A DNA stretch of 64,000 bases. Source: an uncultured Acidobacteriota bacterium (GTDB taxonomy: Bacteria > Acidobacteriota > Blastocatellia > Pyrinomonadales > Pyrinomonadaceae). Every line of letters starts with the position of its first letter. The first letter of the stretch is position 1. The notes beneath the pieces are model-generated. The model did not search any database. It worked only from the letters and a program-made list of their open reading frames with translations, and was not told the DNA's origin. Location: positions 893,946-957,945 of the forward strand of contig CAVVSJ010000004.1 in assembly GCA_963750925.1 (NCBI GenBank), given 5' to 3'. The translations under genes were made by a program, and so were the position numbers. Shown one piece after another: positions 7,492-17,281 of the stretch.

Positions 7492-10400
7492 CCGAAGTGG
7501 CAATCGTTAACCCTGATTCGCTCAACCGGTGCGCGCCAGGTGAAGTCGGTGAAATCTGGGTTTCTGGTCCAAACGTCGCCGCCGGTTACTGGAACAAACC
7601 GGTCGAGAGCGATGAAACGTTTCGAGCGGTCCTGAAAAATGAAGATGGACATTTTCTGCGCACCGGCGATCTCGGCTTTGTCCGGGATGGCGAACTATTT
7701 CTCACCGGACGGCTCAAGGATGTGATACTCAGTCGCGGCCGGAATCACTATCCGCAGGACATCGAGTTGACTGTCGAGCAGTGTCATCCGTCGCTGCGGT
7801 CCGGTTGCGGCGCAGCATTTTCCGTGCTCGTCCACGATGAAGAACGTGTGGTGGTGGTCCAGGAGATAGAGCCGCGCCACTCGCCTGAGTTGCAGCCTCT
7901 CATCGCGTCGATTCGCGAGGCGATCAGCGAGGAACACGAAATCGCGGCACATGCGATCGTGCTCGTAAAAGCCGGGACGGTGCCCAAAACCTCGAGCGGC
8001 AAGATTCAACGAAGAGCATGCCGGAAGTTGTTTATCGAGAGTGGACTCGAGATTGTTGGGCAGTGGCGGGAGAGTCTCTCCGAGGAAAGCGGCGACCAGT
8101 CGCCGCACTCCAAAGAGGTTGCGGGTACGGTTGAAGACTGGTTGCGAGCGGAGTTTGCCGCGCTCCTGAAGATGAACGTCGCCGAGGTTGACGTTCAGCA
8201 GCCGATCCTGCGATATGGTTTGGATTCACTGTCCGCGACGGAGTTGACGCACCGGATCGAGAGCGTATTTGGGGTGGGCGTTCCGCTCACCGCTCTGCTC
8301 GAAAATCCCAGCATCGCACAACTCACAAACACGATCGAGAAGTGTGTGCAGAAACCTGCGGCGCTCGCGCCTGCCGAGGAGAGCGAGGAGCACCCGCTTT
8401 CGTTTGGGCAGAAGTCTTTGTGGTTTTTGCACCGGCTACAGCCGGAGAGTGCTGCGTACAATCTCTCGACTGCCTTTCGCATGTACGGCGAGTTGGATGT
8501 TGCGGCCCTGCAGCGCGCGTTTGAGGGCCTGGTCCAACGTCACGCCGCCTTGAGAACGACGTTCTCGCAAAACGGCGGCGAGCCTGTGCAGAAAGTAAAC
8601 AAACACCTGCCCGTTTGTTTCGAGCAGGTAGATGCTTCGTCATGGACGGAAGAAGTTGCGGGCGAATGGCTGGCGCAAGACGCGCACCGGCCGTTTGATT
8701 TGAGCACGGGTCCTTTGCTGCGTGTGTCGTTGTTGCGCCGTTCGGATCGCGAGCATGTCCTGCTCTTTGTAGTACATCACATCGTCTCCGACTTCTGGTC
8801 GCTTGCGGTTTTGATGAAGGAACTCGGCGTGCTCTACGAAGCGGAGTTGCGACAGACCGGCGCGAAGTTGTCACCTTTGTCGTTGCAATACATCGATTAC
8901 GTGCGGCAAGAGACGGCGATGTTGCAGGGGCCACGCGGCGAGCAACTCTGGAATTACTGGCGCGCCCAGCTCAACGGTGAGTTGCCTTCGCTGAATCTTC
9001 CCACCGATCGGCCGCGTCCGGCGCAGCAGAGTTTTCGCGGATCGTCACGACCGTTCAGGCTGAATTCCGAACTTGCGCTAAAACTCAGAGACCTCAGCCG
9101 TTCGGAAGGCGCAACGCTCTACATGGTCCTGCTCGCGGCGTTTCAAGCGCTGCTCTATCGATACACGGAACAGAAAGAATTTGTCGTAGGGTCACCTGCC
9201 GCGGCGCGTAATTCGGCTGCGATGTCCTCCGTGAGCGGCTACTTCGTGAACCCCCTCGCTTTGCGCGCGGATCTGTCCGGCAATCCGTCTTTTGTCGAAC
9301 TACTGGCTCGCGTGCGTCGCACGGTCCTCGATGCTTTTTCGCATCAGGAGTTTCCTTTCGCATTGCTGGTCGCGCGACTGCAACCCACACGCGATCCGAG
9401 TCGCAGCCCGTTGTTTCAGCACATGTTTGTGATGCAGCAATCCGGCGGCACGGGTGATCTGGCGGCGTTTGTGCTCGGCGACAGCAAGACGCAATTGGAA
9501 TTCGGCAAACTGCGTCTCGAGCCGGTGAATTTGGACGGGGGTGTATCGCTCTTCGATCTGAGATTGTCCGTCGCGGAAGCGGCGGAGACCCTCGTCGGCT
9601 CGATGGAATACAACTCCGACCTGTTCGAGGCTGCGACGATCGATCGCATGTTGGGCCACTTTGAGGAATTGCTCGAGAGTCTCGTTACGGACCCGCATCA
9701 GTCACTTCACCGGCATTCGCTGTTAACAACGTCTGAGAGAGAGTTGCTGACGGCGTGTAACGACACCGCGATTGATTATGGCCCATACCGCACACTCCAC
9801 GAACTCATCGACGAACAGGCGGAGCGCACACCAAATAACGTCGCGGTCAGGTTCGAAGATGAAGAACTGACTTATGCGGAGCTCGAGCGGCGCGCGGATT
9901 TACTTGCGCGTGAGCTGCGGGAATCGGGTGTCGGGCTCGACGTGACAGTCGGCGTCTGCATGGAGCGTTCGCCCGAATTGGTGGTGGCTTTGCTAGGCAT
10001 CCTCAAAGCCGGTGGCGCTTATGTGCCGCTCGATCCGGGTTATCCGCGCGAGCGTCTGCGGTTCATGCTCGAAGATTCGAGACCACCGGTGTTGTTGACA
10101 CAGAGTCGTCTGCGAGGACTGTTGCCGGAGTCAATAGCGGCGGAGGTTATCTGCGTCGACGAGAGCCTTCCTCGCCAAGGCGCAAAGGCGCAAAGGAAGC
10201 AAGGACGTTCGCAAAGTGGGAAGAATCTTGCTTACGTAATTTACACATCCGGCTCGACTGGTCAGCCAAAAGGCGCGATGAACACCCATGAGGGCATCGT
10301 CAACCGGCTGTTGTGGATGCAGGATCAATATCGATTGACGGCGGCTGACTGCGTGCTGCAAAAAACGCCTTTCAGTTTCGACGTCTCGGTGTGGGAATTC

Positions 10401-13400
10401 TTTTGGCCGCTGATTACGGGCGCGCGATTGGTGCTCGCGAGACCCGGTGGGCATCAGGATGCCGCCTACCTCGCCGATCTAATTGAATGTGAGCGTGTTA
10501 CGACGCTGCACTTCGTGCCTTCTATGTTGCACGCATTTCTGGCGAATGCGTCGCCCAATCGTTGCGCAAGCCTCAAGCGAGTGATTTGCAGCGGTGAAGC
10601 ACTCTCGTACGAATTGCAGGAACGTTTTTACGCGACGATGAGTGCCGAACTGCACAACCTTTACGGCCCGACCGAAGCCGCGGTTGATGTGACTTACTGG
10701 GCGTGTCAGCGCGGGCAGAGACAGGTAGTGCCGATTGGACGCCCGATCGCCAACACCGAAATCTACATCGTCGATTCGATGGGCCAACCGGTACCTGTCG
10801 GGGTCGCAGGCGAACTGCTAATCGGCGGTGTCGGCCTGGGACGCGGATATCTTGCGCGGCCGGATCTTACCGCGGAACGCTTTCAGCCAAATCCGTTTGC
10901 CGGCGAACCCGGTGCGCGTCTTTATCGCAGCGGCGACCTGGCGCGCTACCTCGCCGACGGCGAGATCGAGTACCTGGGACGTCTGGACCAGCAGGTGAAG
11001 TTGCGCGGTTTTCGCATCGAGCTGGGAGAAATTGAAGCGGCTCTCAGCACCCACGACGGCGTGCGTGAGTGTGTTGTGACCACGAATGAGCTTGCTCCCG
11101 GCGACGTGCGTTTGATCGCGTACGTGGTCCATCAGGTGGGCGGCACAGTTGCGTCTGAAGAGTTGCGACGCCACTTGCAGGAGAGACTGCCGGAATACAT
11201 GGTGCCGGCGTTTTTCGTTTGTCTGGATGAGATTCCACGTTTACCCAACGGCAAGATCGATCGACGCAGCCTGCCCGCGCCCTCTGCGGCACGGCCTGAA
11301 CTGGAACGTGAGTTTGTACCGCCGCGAAACCGGATCGAGGCCGAGGTCGCATCGATCTGGACAGCGGTGCTTGGTTTGGAGCAGGTCGGTGTTCATGACA
11401 ACTTCTTCGCACTCGGTGGTCACTCTCTCCTCGCCACGCAGATAGTCTCTCGTATCAACCAGTCGTTCGGGATCGACTTCCCGCTCAGGAAAATGTTTGA
11501 CGTTCCAACCGTTGCGGCGCTTGCGGAAGTCATCGATCAAAGTGCTCCGGCCGTGCGGCCACACGCGATCCAACGTGTTTCGCGCGAAGAAAGTCTGCCG
11601 CTCTCGTTCGCGCAGCAGCGTCTATGGTTTCTTGAACAGCTCGACCCGGCGAATGCGGCTTACAATATGCCGGTCCTGCTGCGCATCGATGGACCACTTG
11701 ACCTCGCCGTGCTCGAGCGATCCATCGCGGAGATCGTTCGTCGTCACGACGTGTTGCGCACGAGTATAGGTAACATTGCGGGCAGTCCGGTCCAGGTTGT
11801 GGCGCCGCCCGAACCGTGGACGTTGCCGGTCGTCGACTTGTCCGGCTTGCCAAAACATTACGGCTGGGCCGAAGCGATGCGGCGCGCGACGAAGGAAGCA
11901 CAACGGTCTTTTGATCTGACCACAGGCTCCCTCCTGCGCGCCCTCGTTTTGCGACTCGATGCGACCGATCATCTGCTTCTCTTCACGATGCATCACATCG
12001 TCAGCGACGGTTGGTCCATGGGCGTCTTCTGCGCTGAGTTGAGTGCGCTCTACAAGGCTTTTAAGGCCGGCCGGCCCTCGCCGCTTCCGGAGTTGCCGAT
12101 TCAATATGCCGACTTCGTGCAGTGGCAGCGCGAGCACCTCGCCACGGACGTCGACGAACAGCTTGCGTACTGGAAGCAGCAACTTGCCGGTCGTCTTCCG
12201 GTTATCGCATTGCCGAATGAACTGCAACGTCTGCCGGCGCCCACCGTTCGTGTCGCAACAGAATCGGTAGCTCTGCCGCCTCAGTTGCATAAGACTCTGA
12301 AAGAGTTCAGTCGCACTCGCGGAACCACGCTCTTCAACACCCTTCTGACTGCGTTTCAGATCCTGCTGCAACGCTATACCGGTCTCGAAGACATTGTGGT
12401 CGGCACACCCGTCGCCGGCCGCACGCGCGTCGAAACGGAAACACTCATCGGACTCTTCGCAAACACGCTCGTGCTGCGTAGCGATCTGTCAGGCAATCCG
12501 ACTTTCGGCGAGCTCCTCGATAAGGTTCGTGAGATGACGCTCGAAGCGCACGCGCACCAGGACGTTCCGTTCGAAATGCTCGTGGAAGAGTTGCACCCGG
12601 AAAGAGACTTGACGCGCACTCCGCTCTTCCAGGTGATGATTGTTCTCGACGCTCCACTGTCGGAAATCGATCTGCCGGAGTTGCAGGTACAGCAGATCGA
12701 ACTCGCCACGACAGCGCCAAAATTTGACCTGCTTTTGTTTCTGAGAGACCGGGGCGATGAGCTCGTCGCGGCGTGGGAGTACAACACTGCGCGTCTCGAC
12801 GGCGGAACCGTGAGCCGGATGGCGCAACAGTTTATGACCCTCCTGGAGCACGCGCTCGCAAATCCGGAACAGCGCATCTCGGACCTGGAACTTTTGACCG
12901 AGGCCGAACAGCGACATCTATTGGTGGAATGCAACGCCACGTCGTTGAACTATTCGCGAGACGTCTGTCTGCACCAACTCTTCGAAACTCAAGTCGCGCG
13001 CACGCCGGACTTGACGGCGCTCGTCTCGGGCGCGGAACGCCTGAGCTATCACGACCTGAACGAACGCGCGAATCGCGTTGCTCATCACCTGCGCTCGCTC
13101 GGCGTTGGACCAGAGTCGCTTGTCGGTGTATTGCTGGAGCGTTCGAGCCGGTTGATCGTGTCGTTGCTGGGTGTGCTCAAAGCAGGCGCTGCTTACGTGC
13201 CGCTCGATCCGGCGTACCCGCGCGAACGTCTGCGACTGATGCTCGACGATGCGGGCGTCGCGGTGCTGCTGACGCAGCAGAGTTTGATCGACGATCTGCC
13301 GTCTCACGACGCGCGTGTTGTTTGTGTCGATTCAGATTGGGAAAACATCGCGGCGCAGAGTAGCGATAACCTTCTGAATCAAACGCTGCCCGCAAATCTC

Positions 13401-16139
13401 GCCTACGTGATCTATACCTCGGGTTCCACTGGCAAGCCGAAAGGCGCGGCAATCGCACATCGCAGTGTCGTGACTTTAATGCACTGGTCGCACGACTTCT
13501 TTTCCGGCGGCGAGCTCGAAGGCGTTCTCGCATCGACTTCAGTTTGCTTCGACTTATCGGTGTTCGAGATCTTTGTTCCTTTAACGTGTGGCGGCAAAGT
13601 AATCCTCGCGGGAAATGCACTCGAGCTTCCGACACTCGAGACTGCAAATGAAGTCACGCTGATCAACACAGTGCCGTCCGCGATGGCTGAATTGATCCGG
13701 CTCGGAGGCGTTCCTGATTCCGTACGCGTTGTGAACCTCGCGGGAGAGCCGTTGCTGAAAGTGTTGGCCCAAAGAATTTACGAGCTCGATCATGTCGAGC
13801 GGCTGCTCAACCTTTACGGTCCTTCCGAAGACACCACTTACTCGACGTGGGCCCGGATCGAGAAAGGCGAACTTCAGCCGCCGACTATCGGGCGTCCGCT
13901 CGCCGACACGCAGGTTTACCTGCTCGACACTCAATTGCATCCGGTGCCGCCTGGCGTTACCGGCGAGCTATACATCAGCGGCGAAGGCCTGGTGCGCGGA
14001 TATCTGAACCGGCCTTCTTTGACGGCGGAGAAGTTTGTGCCGAATCCGTTCTCTGCTGAACCCGGCGCGCGAATGTATCGCACGGGCGATCTCGCACGTT
14101 ACCTGTCTGACGGCCGGATTGATTTTCTCGGGCGCATGGACCACCAGGTGAAGCTGCGTGGCTTTCGCATCGAGCTTGGCGAGATAGAGACGTTACTGGT
14201 CGAGCACCCGGCAGTGCAGGACGCCGTTGTGGTCGCACGGCAAAACGAGAACCTGGTCGCGTATTTCGTCACCGCACCGGAGCAGACCGTCACACAAAAA
14301 GATTTGCGTAGCTACCTGCTGGAACGCCTTCCGAAGCACATGGTGCCGGCGTTCTTTGTATCGTTGGCCGAGTTGCCCCTCACGCCAAACGGAAAGATCA
14401 ATCGCGCCGCGCTACCTGCGCCGGAAGCGAGTGATGACGAAGCACAAGGCATCGTTACGTTACCGCGCACGCGTGTTGAAGCGGCAGTCGCGAGTTTGTG
14501 GGAGCAGTTGCTCAATCGCAGGCAGGTCGGGATTCACGACGACTTTTTCATGCTTGGCGGCCATTCTTTACTTGCCGCGCAAGTCGTCGCGCGACTGCGT
14601 GAACAGTTTCGCGCCGAGCTGCCATTGCGGAGTATTTTCGAGCGACCGACGGTTGCGGGGTTGGCGGAAGTTATCGAGAACGCATCGGCACTTTCGTCAC
14701 CGCTCGTGCCGGTTTCACGCGGAGCGACGTCTCCGGTCTCGTTCGCGCAACAACGGCTCTGGTTCCTGGACCAGCTAGCGCCCGGCAACTCTGCCTACAA
14801 CATTGTCGGCGGCATGCGTTTGCGTGGCGAGTTAGACCGGCAGGCGTTTGTGGAGGCGCTTGATGCGATCACCGCGCGTCACGAGATCCTGCGAACCAGT
14901 TTTACGACTACTGACGGCCGGCCCGTGCAGGTTGTTGCTCCTGAATATCCGGTAGCGCTCACTTTTTCAGACTTGAGCAGCCTGGACGAAGATGCCCGCG
15001 AAGGTAAAGTGCGCGCTCTTGCTCGAAATGAGCTGGACCAGCCATTCGATCTCACGCGTGCGCCGCTCTGGCGTGTCGGTCTACTGCGGCTCGGCGAGGG
15101 CAAACATGTGGTGCTCGTGACGATGCATCACATCATCGCCGACGGGTGGTCCATGGGAGTTTTCGTCAAGGAGTTTGTCACTCTTTACGAAGCGATCCGC
15201 AACATGCAACCTGTGAGACTCACGGCGCTGCCGATTCAGTATGCCGACTTCGCGCACTGGCAACGTGAATGGCTGCGCGACGAATTGATCGACGAGCAGC
15301 TTGAATACTGGCGACGCACGCTCGCAGGAGCGCCGCCGGCGCTCGAACTCCCCTCAGACCAATCGCGTGAGGCGGAACCGGCTCTGCGCGCCGAAAAAGC
15401 GTTCTTCAAGATCCCCGCCGAGCTTTCCGAGTCGTTGCGCGAACTCAGTCGCCGCGAAGGCGTCACGCTCTTCATGACTCTCCTCGCTGCGTTCAAGACA
15501 CTGCTTTACCGCTACACCAGCCAGGACGACGTCGTAATCGGGACAGCGATTGCGGGACGCAGTCGTGTCGAAGTTGAAAACCTGATCGGCATCTTCATCA
15601 ACATGCTGGTGCTGCGTACAAGTCTTGCCGGCAATCCGACGTTCAGGGAGCTGCTCGGTCGCGTGCGCGAGGTGACGCTCAATGCGTATGCGCACCAGGA
15701 CGTACCGTTCGAGCGTCTCGTCGAGAAGTTGCAGCCGGCTCGCACGAGCGCGCGTTCGCCGTTCTTTCAAATCGCGTTCGGATTGCAAAACCAGCCGGTG
15801 CAGAGTTTCTCGTTGCCGGGACTCGAGTTGAGTCCGCTGAATTTCGACACAGACGTATCGCGATACGATCTGACCCTCTGGGTTTTTGAAAGTGAACCGG
15901 AGCTGACAGCCTCATGGACGTTCAACACCGATCTCTTCAAAGCGGAAACGATCAAGCTTATGCACATGCGTTTCGAAACCCTGCTATCACACATTGTGAG
16001 AGATCCTGAGGCGTGCCTCGCCTCGCTCGAGATACTTTCGGACGAAGAGAAGCAGCAGGAAGCGATGCGCGAGCAGTCGAGCATCGGCAAGCTGCTTTCC
16101 GTCAAGCGCCGCACGATCACGAGAACCGCGGGAGCGTAA
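6978..16139 (+). CDS. NRPS 1: (FAAL C-terminal part)-ACP-C(starter)-A(Ser-like)-T-C-A(Ala-like)-T-C
   Basis: The meaningful sequence starts about 7205 (SWNVAFNGAEPVRAETIDRF...GDLGF..GRLKD = FAAL C-terminal half). Carrier Ser codons are in GLDSLS (~8224), GGHSL (~11415) and GGHSL (~14555). C His motifs are HHIVSDFWS (~8776), HHIVSDGWS (~11991) and HHIIADGWS (~15125). A cores are YTSGSTGQPKG (~10245) and YTSGSTGKPKG (~13410). Hand-extracted 10-residue codes: DVWHISLVDK (compare Ser DVWHLSLIDK) and DLFNNALTYK (Ala as I recall). The protein ends in a C domain. Confidence 0.9.
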   Translation: MVAALPRHGADRHSASFTFGRRALHPDVANDVFAAAVSLVTDNLRVPSDDEWWSKLLLRTLRAQDYGRTASNSRSDSWNVAFNGAEPVRAETIDRFAKTFAPCGFRREAFRPCYGLAEATLLVSAREHSNRQQTPPLVKEVSKKALEQNRIVEATNEEFETRKAVGCGNALTEVAIVNPDSLNRCAPGEVGEIWVSGPNVAAGYWNKPVESDETFRAVLKNEDGHFLRTGDLGFVRDGELFLTGRLKDVILSRGRNHYPQDIELTVEQCHPSLRSGCGAAFSVLVHDEERVVVVQEIEPRHSPELQPLIASIREAISEEHEIAAHAIVLVKAGTVPKTSSGKIQRRACRKLFIESGLEIVGQWRESLSEESGDQSPHSKEVAGTVEDWLRAEFAALLKMNVAEVDVQQPILRYGLDSLSATELTHRIESVFGVGVPLTALLENPSIAQLTNTIEKCVQKPAALAPAEESEEHPLSFGQKSLWFLHRLQPESAAYNLSTAFRMYGELDVAALQRAFEGLVQRHAALRTTFSQNGGEPVQKVNKHLPVCFEQVDASSWTEEVAGEWLAQDAHRPFDLSTGPLLRVSLLRRSDREHVLLFVVHHIVSDFWSLAVLMKELGVLYEAELRQTGAKLSPLSLQYIDYVRQETAMLQGPRGEQLWNYWRAQLNGELPSLNLPTDRPRPAQQSFRGSSRPFRLNSELALKLRDLSRSEGATLYMVLLAAFQALLYRYTEQKEFVVGSPAAARNSAAMSSVSGYFVNPLALRADLSGNPSFVELLARVRRTVLDAFSHQEFPFALLVARLQPTRDPSRSPLFQHMFVMQQSGGTGDLAAFVLGDSKTQLEFGKLRLEPVNLDGGVSLFDLRLSVAEAAETLVGSMEYNSDLFEAATIDRMLGHFEELLESLVTDPHQSLHRHSLLTTSERELLTACNDTAIDYGPYRTLHELIDEQAERTPNNVAVRFEDEELTYAELERRADLLARELRESGVGLDVTVGVCMERSPELVVALLGILKAGGAYVPLDPGYPRERLRFMLEDSRPPVLLTQSRLRGLLPESIAAEVICVDESLPRQGAKAQRKQGRSQSGKNLAYVIYTSGSTGQPKGAMNTHEGIVNRLLWMQDQYRLTAADCVLQKTPFSFDVSVWEFFWPLITGARLVLARPGGHQDAAYLADLIECERVTTLHFVPSMLHAFLANASPNRCASLKRVICSGEALSYELQERFYATMSAELHNLYGPTEAAVDVTYWACQRGQRQVVPIGRPIANTEIYIVDSMGQPVPVGVAGELLIGGVGLGRGYLARPDLTAERFQPNPFAGEPGARLYRSGDLARYLADGEIEYLGRLDQQVKLRGFRIELGEIEAALSTHDGVRECVVTTNELAPGDVRLIAYVVHQVGGTVASEELRRHLQERLPEYMVPAFFVCLDEIPRLPNGKIDRRSLPAPSAARPELEREFVPPRNRIEAEVASIWTAVLGLEQVGVHDNFFALGGHSLLATQIVSRINQSFGIDFPLRKMFDVPTVAALAEVIDQSAPAVRPHAIQRVSREESLPLSFAQQRLWFLEQLDPANAAYNMPVLLRIDGPLDLAVLERSIAEIVRRHDVLRTSIGNIAGSPVQVVAPPEPWTLPVVDLSGLPKHYGWAEAMRRATKEAQRSFDLTTGSLLRALVLRLDATDHLLLFTMHHIVSDGWSMGVFCAELSALYKAFKAGRPSPLPELPIQYADFVQWQREHLATDVDEQLAYWKQQLAGRLPVIALPNELQRLPAPTVRVATESVALPPQLHKTLKEFSRTRGTTLFNTLLTAFQILLQRYTGLEDIVVGTPVAGRTRVETETLIGLFANTLVLRSDLSGNPTFGELLDKVREMTLEAHAHQDVPFEMLVEELHPERDLTRTPLFQVMIVLDAPLSEIDLPELQVQQIELATTAPKFDLLLFLRDRGDELVAAWEYNTARLDGGTVSRMAQQFMTLLEHALANPEQRISDLELLTEAEQRHLLVECNATSLNYSRDVCLHQLFETQVARTPDLTALVSGAERLSYHDLNERANRVAHHLRSLGVGPESLVGVLLERSSRLIVSLLGVLKAGAAYVPLDPAYPRERLRLMLDDAGVAVLLTQQSLIDDLPSHDARVVCVDSDWENIAAQSSDNLLNQTLPANLAYVIYTSGSTGKPKGAAIAHRSVVTLMHWSHDFFSGGELEGVLASTSVCFDLSVFEIFVPLTCGGKVILAGNALELPTLETANEVTLINTVPSAMAELIRLGGVPDSVRVVNLAGEPLLKVLAQRIYELDHVERLLNLYGPSEDTTYSTWARIEKGELQPPTIGRPLADTQVYLLDTQLHPVPPGVTGELYISGEGLVRGYLNRPSLTAEKFVPNPFSAEPGARMYRTGDLARYLSDGRIDFLGRMDHQVKLRGFRIELGEIETLLVEHPAVQDAVVVARQNENLVAYFVTAPEQTVTQKDLRSYLLERLPKHMVPAFFVSLAELPLTPNGKINRAALPAPEASDDEAQGIVTLPRTRVEAAVASLWEQLLNRRQVGIHDDFFMLGGHSLLAAQVVARLREQFRAELPLRSIFERPTVAGLAEVIENASALSSPLVPVSRGATSPVSFAQQRLWFLDQLAPGNSAYNIVGGMRLRGELDRQAFVEALDAITARHEILRTSFTTTDGRPVQVVAPEYPVALTFSDLSSLDEDAREGKVRALARNELDQPFDLTRAPLWRVGLLRLGEGKHVVLVTMHHIIADGWSMGVFVKEFVTLYEAIRNMQPVRLTALPIQYADFAHWQREWLRDELIDEQLEYWRRTLAGAPPALELPSDQSREAEPALRAEKAFFKIPAELSESLRELSRREGVTLFMTLLAAFKTLLYRYTSQDDVVIGTAIAGRSRVEVENLIGIFINMLVLRTSLAGNPTFRELLGRVREVTLNAYAHQDVPFERLVEKLQPARTSARSPFFQIAFGLQNQPVQSFSLPGLELSPLNFDTDVSRYDLTLWVFESEPELTASWTFNTDLFKAETIKLMHMRFETLLSHIVRDPEACLASLEILSDEEKQQEAMREQSSIGKLLSVKRRTITRTAGA
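10168..10216. repeat. half copy of the GCGCAAAG palindromic-element variant embedded in frame in the A1 domain
   Basis: ttcctcgccaaggcgcaaaggcgcaaaggaagcaaggacgttcgcaaag. Compare the left arm tttcctcgcaaagacgccaaggcgcaaag at 18322-18350. It encodes LPRQGAKAQRKQGRSQSG in the variable stretch just before NLAYVIYTSGSTG. Confidence 0.6.
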
Positions 16140-16140
16140 C

Positions 16141-16220
16141 GCCACAAAAGGCACATAAGTCACAAAAGACAAAAACCATTTTTCTTAATATTTTTTGTGA
16201 CTTATGTGCCTTTTTGTGGC
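16141..16220. repeat. intercistronic palindrome A (CACAAAAG variant)
   Basis: The left arm gccacaaaaggcacataagtcacaaaa pairs with the right arm ttttgtgacttatgtgcctttttgtggc. That is 27 bp with one bulged A. The element starts 2 nt after the stop at 16139 and ends 15 nt before the ATG at 16236. Confidence 0.85.
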
Positions 16221-16235
16221 TTCCTCAGTTGAATC

Positions 16236-17276
16236 ATGATTAGTCAGGAATTTAGATCGTCGCGACGCAGGGCTGTGCGTCTGAATCCGGCGGCGTTGAC
16301 CAGGAATTACTATCTCGATGCCGAGCGCCGGTTGCCGCTCGTCGTCGAGCCGGCGGTGAACGATCTCGAGCTGGCGACATGGGCCATGGACCATCGCGAG
16401 TTTATTGCCGATGAGCTGGCGCGTCACGGCGCAATCCTGCTGCGTGGATTCGACGTTCGGACGGTGGAGAGTTTTGAGAGATTTGTCGCTGCGACCTCGA
16501 ATGGCGCCTTACCTTACAACGAACGTTCTTCACCGCGCAGCCAGGTAAACGGGAACATATACACGTCGACGGATTACCCCGCGTCTGAACGCATTTTTCT
16601 GCACAACGAGCAATCGTACAACTTGCAGTTTCCGTTGAAGATCTACTTTTTCTGCCTCGTGAAAGCTGACGAAGGCGGCGAGACACCAATCGCCGACACG
16701 CGCAGAGTTTTTGCACGGATTGATCCGGAAATCCGGCGTCGTTTCTCAAAGCATGGTTACACCTACGCGCGAAACTTCGGCAACGGCTTTGGATTGTCAT
16801 GGCAGGACACTTTCCAAACACGAAGCAAAGCTGAAGTGGAGCAGTACTGCGCCCAACATCAGATTTCATGCAAGTGGCTGGGTGGTGATCGATTGCGCAC
16901 CGCGCAAGTGAGACCCGCGATCGCGCAGCATCCGCGAACCGGGGAGTTGGCCTGGTTTAATCACGCGACTTTTTTTCACGTCTCGACTCTCGAACCTGTA
17001 ATTCGCGAACGCGTGCTCGCCGAGTTTGGTGAGGAGGATTTGCCGAACAACACCTATTACGGCGACGGCGCGCGTATTGAACCTGAAGCGATGGACCATC
17101 TGCGGCAGGCCTATCTGCAGGAGAAGATCGTGTTTCCGTGGCAGCAGTATGATGTGTTGATGCTGGACAACATGCTGACCTCACACGCGCGCGAAGCGTT
17201 TAGCGGACGCCGCCAGGTCGTTGCCGGTATGGCCGATCCGTGTCTCTGGAATGACGTCTTACCCACCGAGTTGTAG
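16236..17276 (+). CDS. TauD/TfdA-family (SyrP-like) Fe(II)/2-oxoglutarate dioxygenase
   Basis: 346 aa. HxE facial-triad start in IFLHNEQSY, GGETPIADTR, and distal His/Arg in LDNMLTSHAREAFSGRR. Its size and position inside an NRPS operon resemble carrier-protein-dependent amino-acid beta-hydroxylases. Confidence 0.8.
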   Translation: MISQEFRSSRRRAVRLNPAALTRNYYLDAERRLPLVVEPAVNDLELATWAMDHREFIADELARHGAILLRGFDVRTVESFERFVAATSNGALPYNERSSPRSQVNGNIYTSTDYPASERIFLHNEQSYNLQFPLKIYFFCLVKADEGGETPIADTRRVFARIDPEIRRRFSKHGYTYARNFGNGFGLSWQDTFQTRSKAEVEQYCAQHQISCKWLGGDRLRTAQVRPAIAQHPRTGELAWFNHATFFHVSTLEPVIRERVLAEFGEEDLPNNTYYGDGARIEPEAMDHLRQAYLQEKIVFPWQQYDVLMLDNMLTSHAREAFSGRRQVVAGMADPCLWNDVLPTEL

Positions 17277-17281
17277 AAGCC

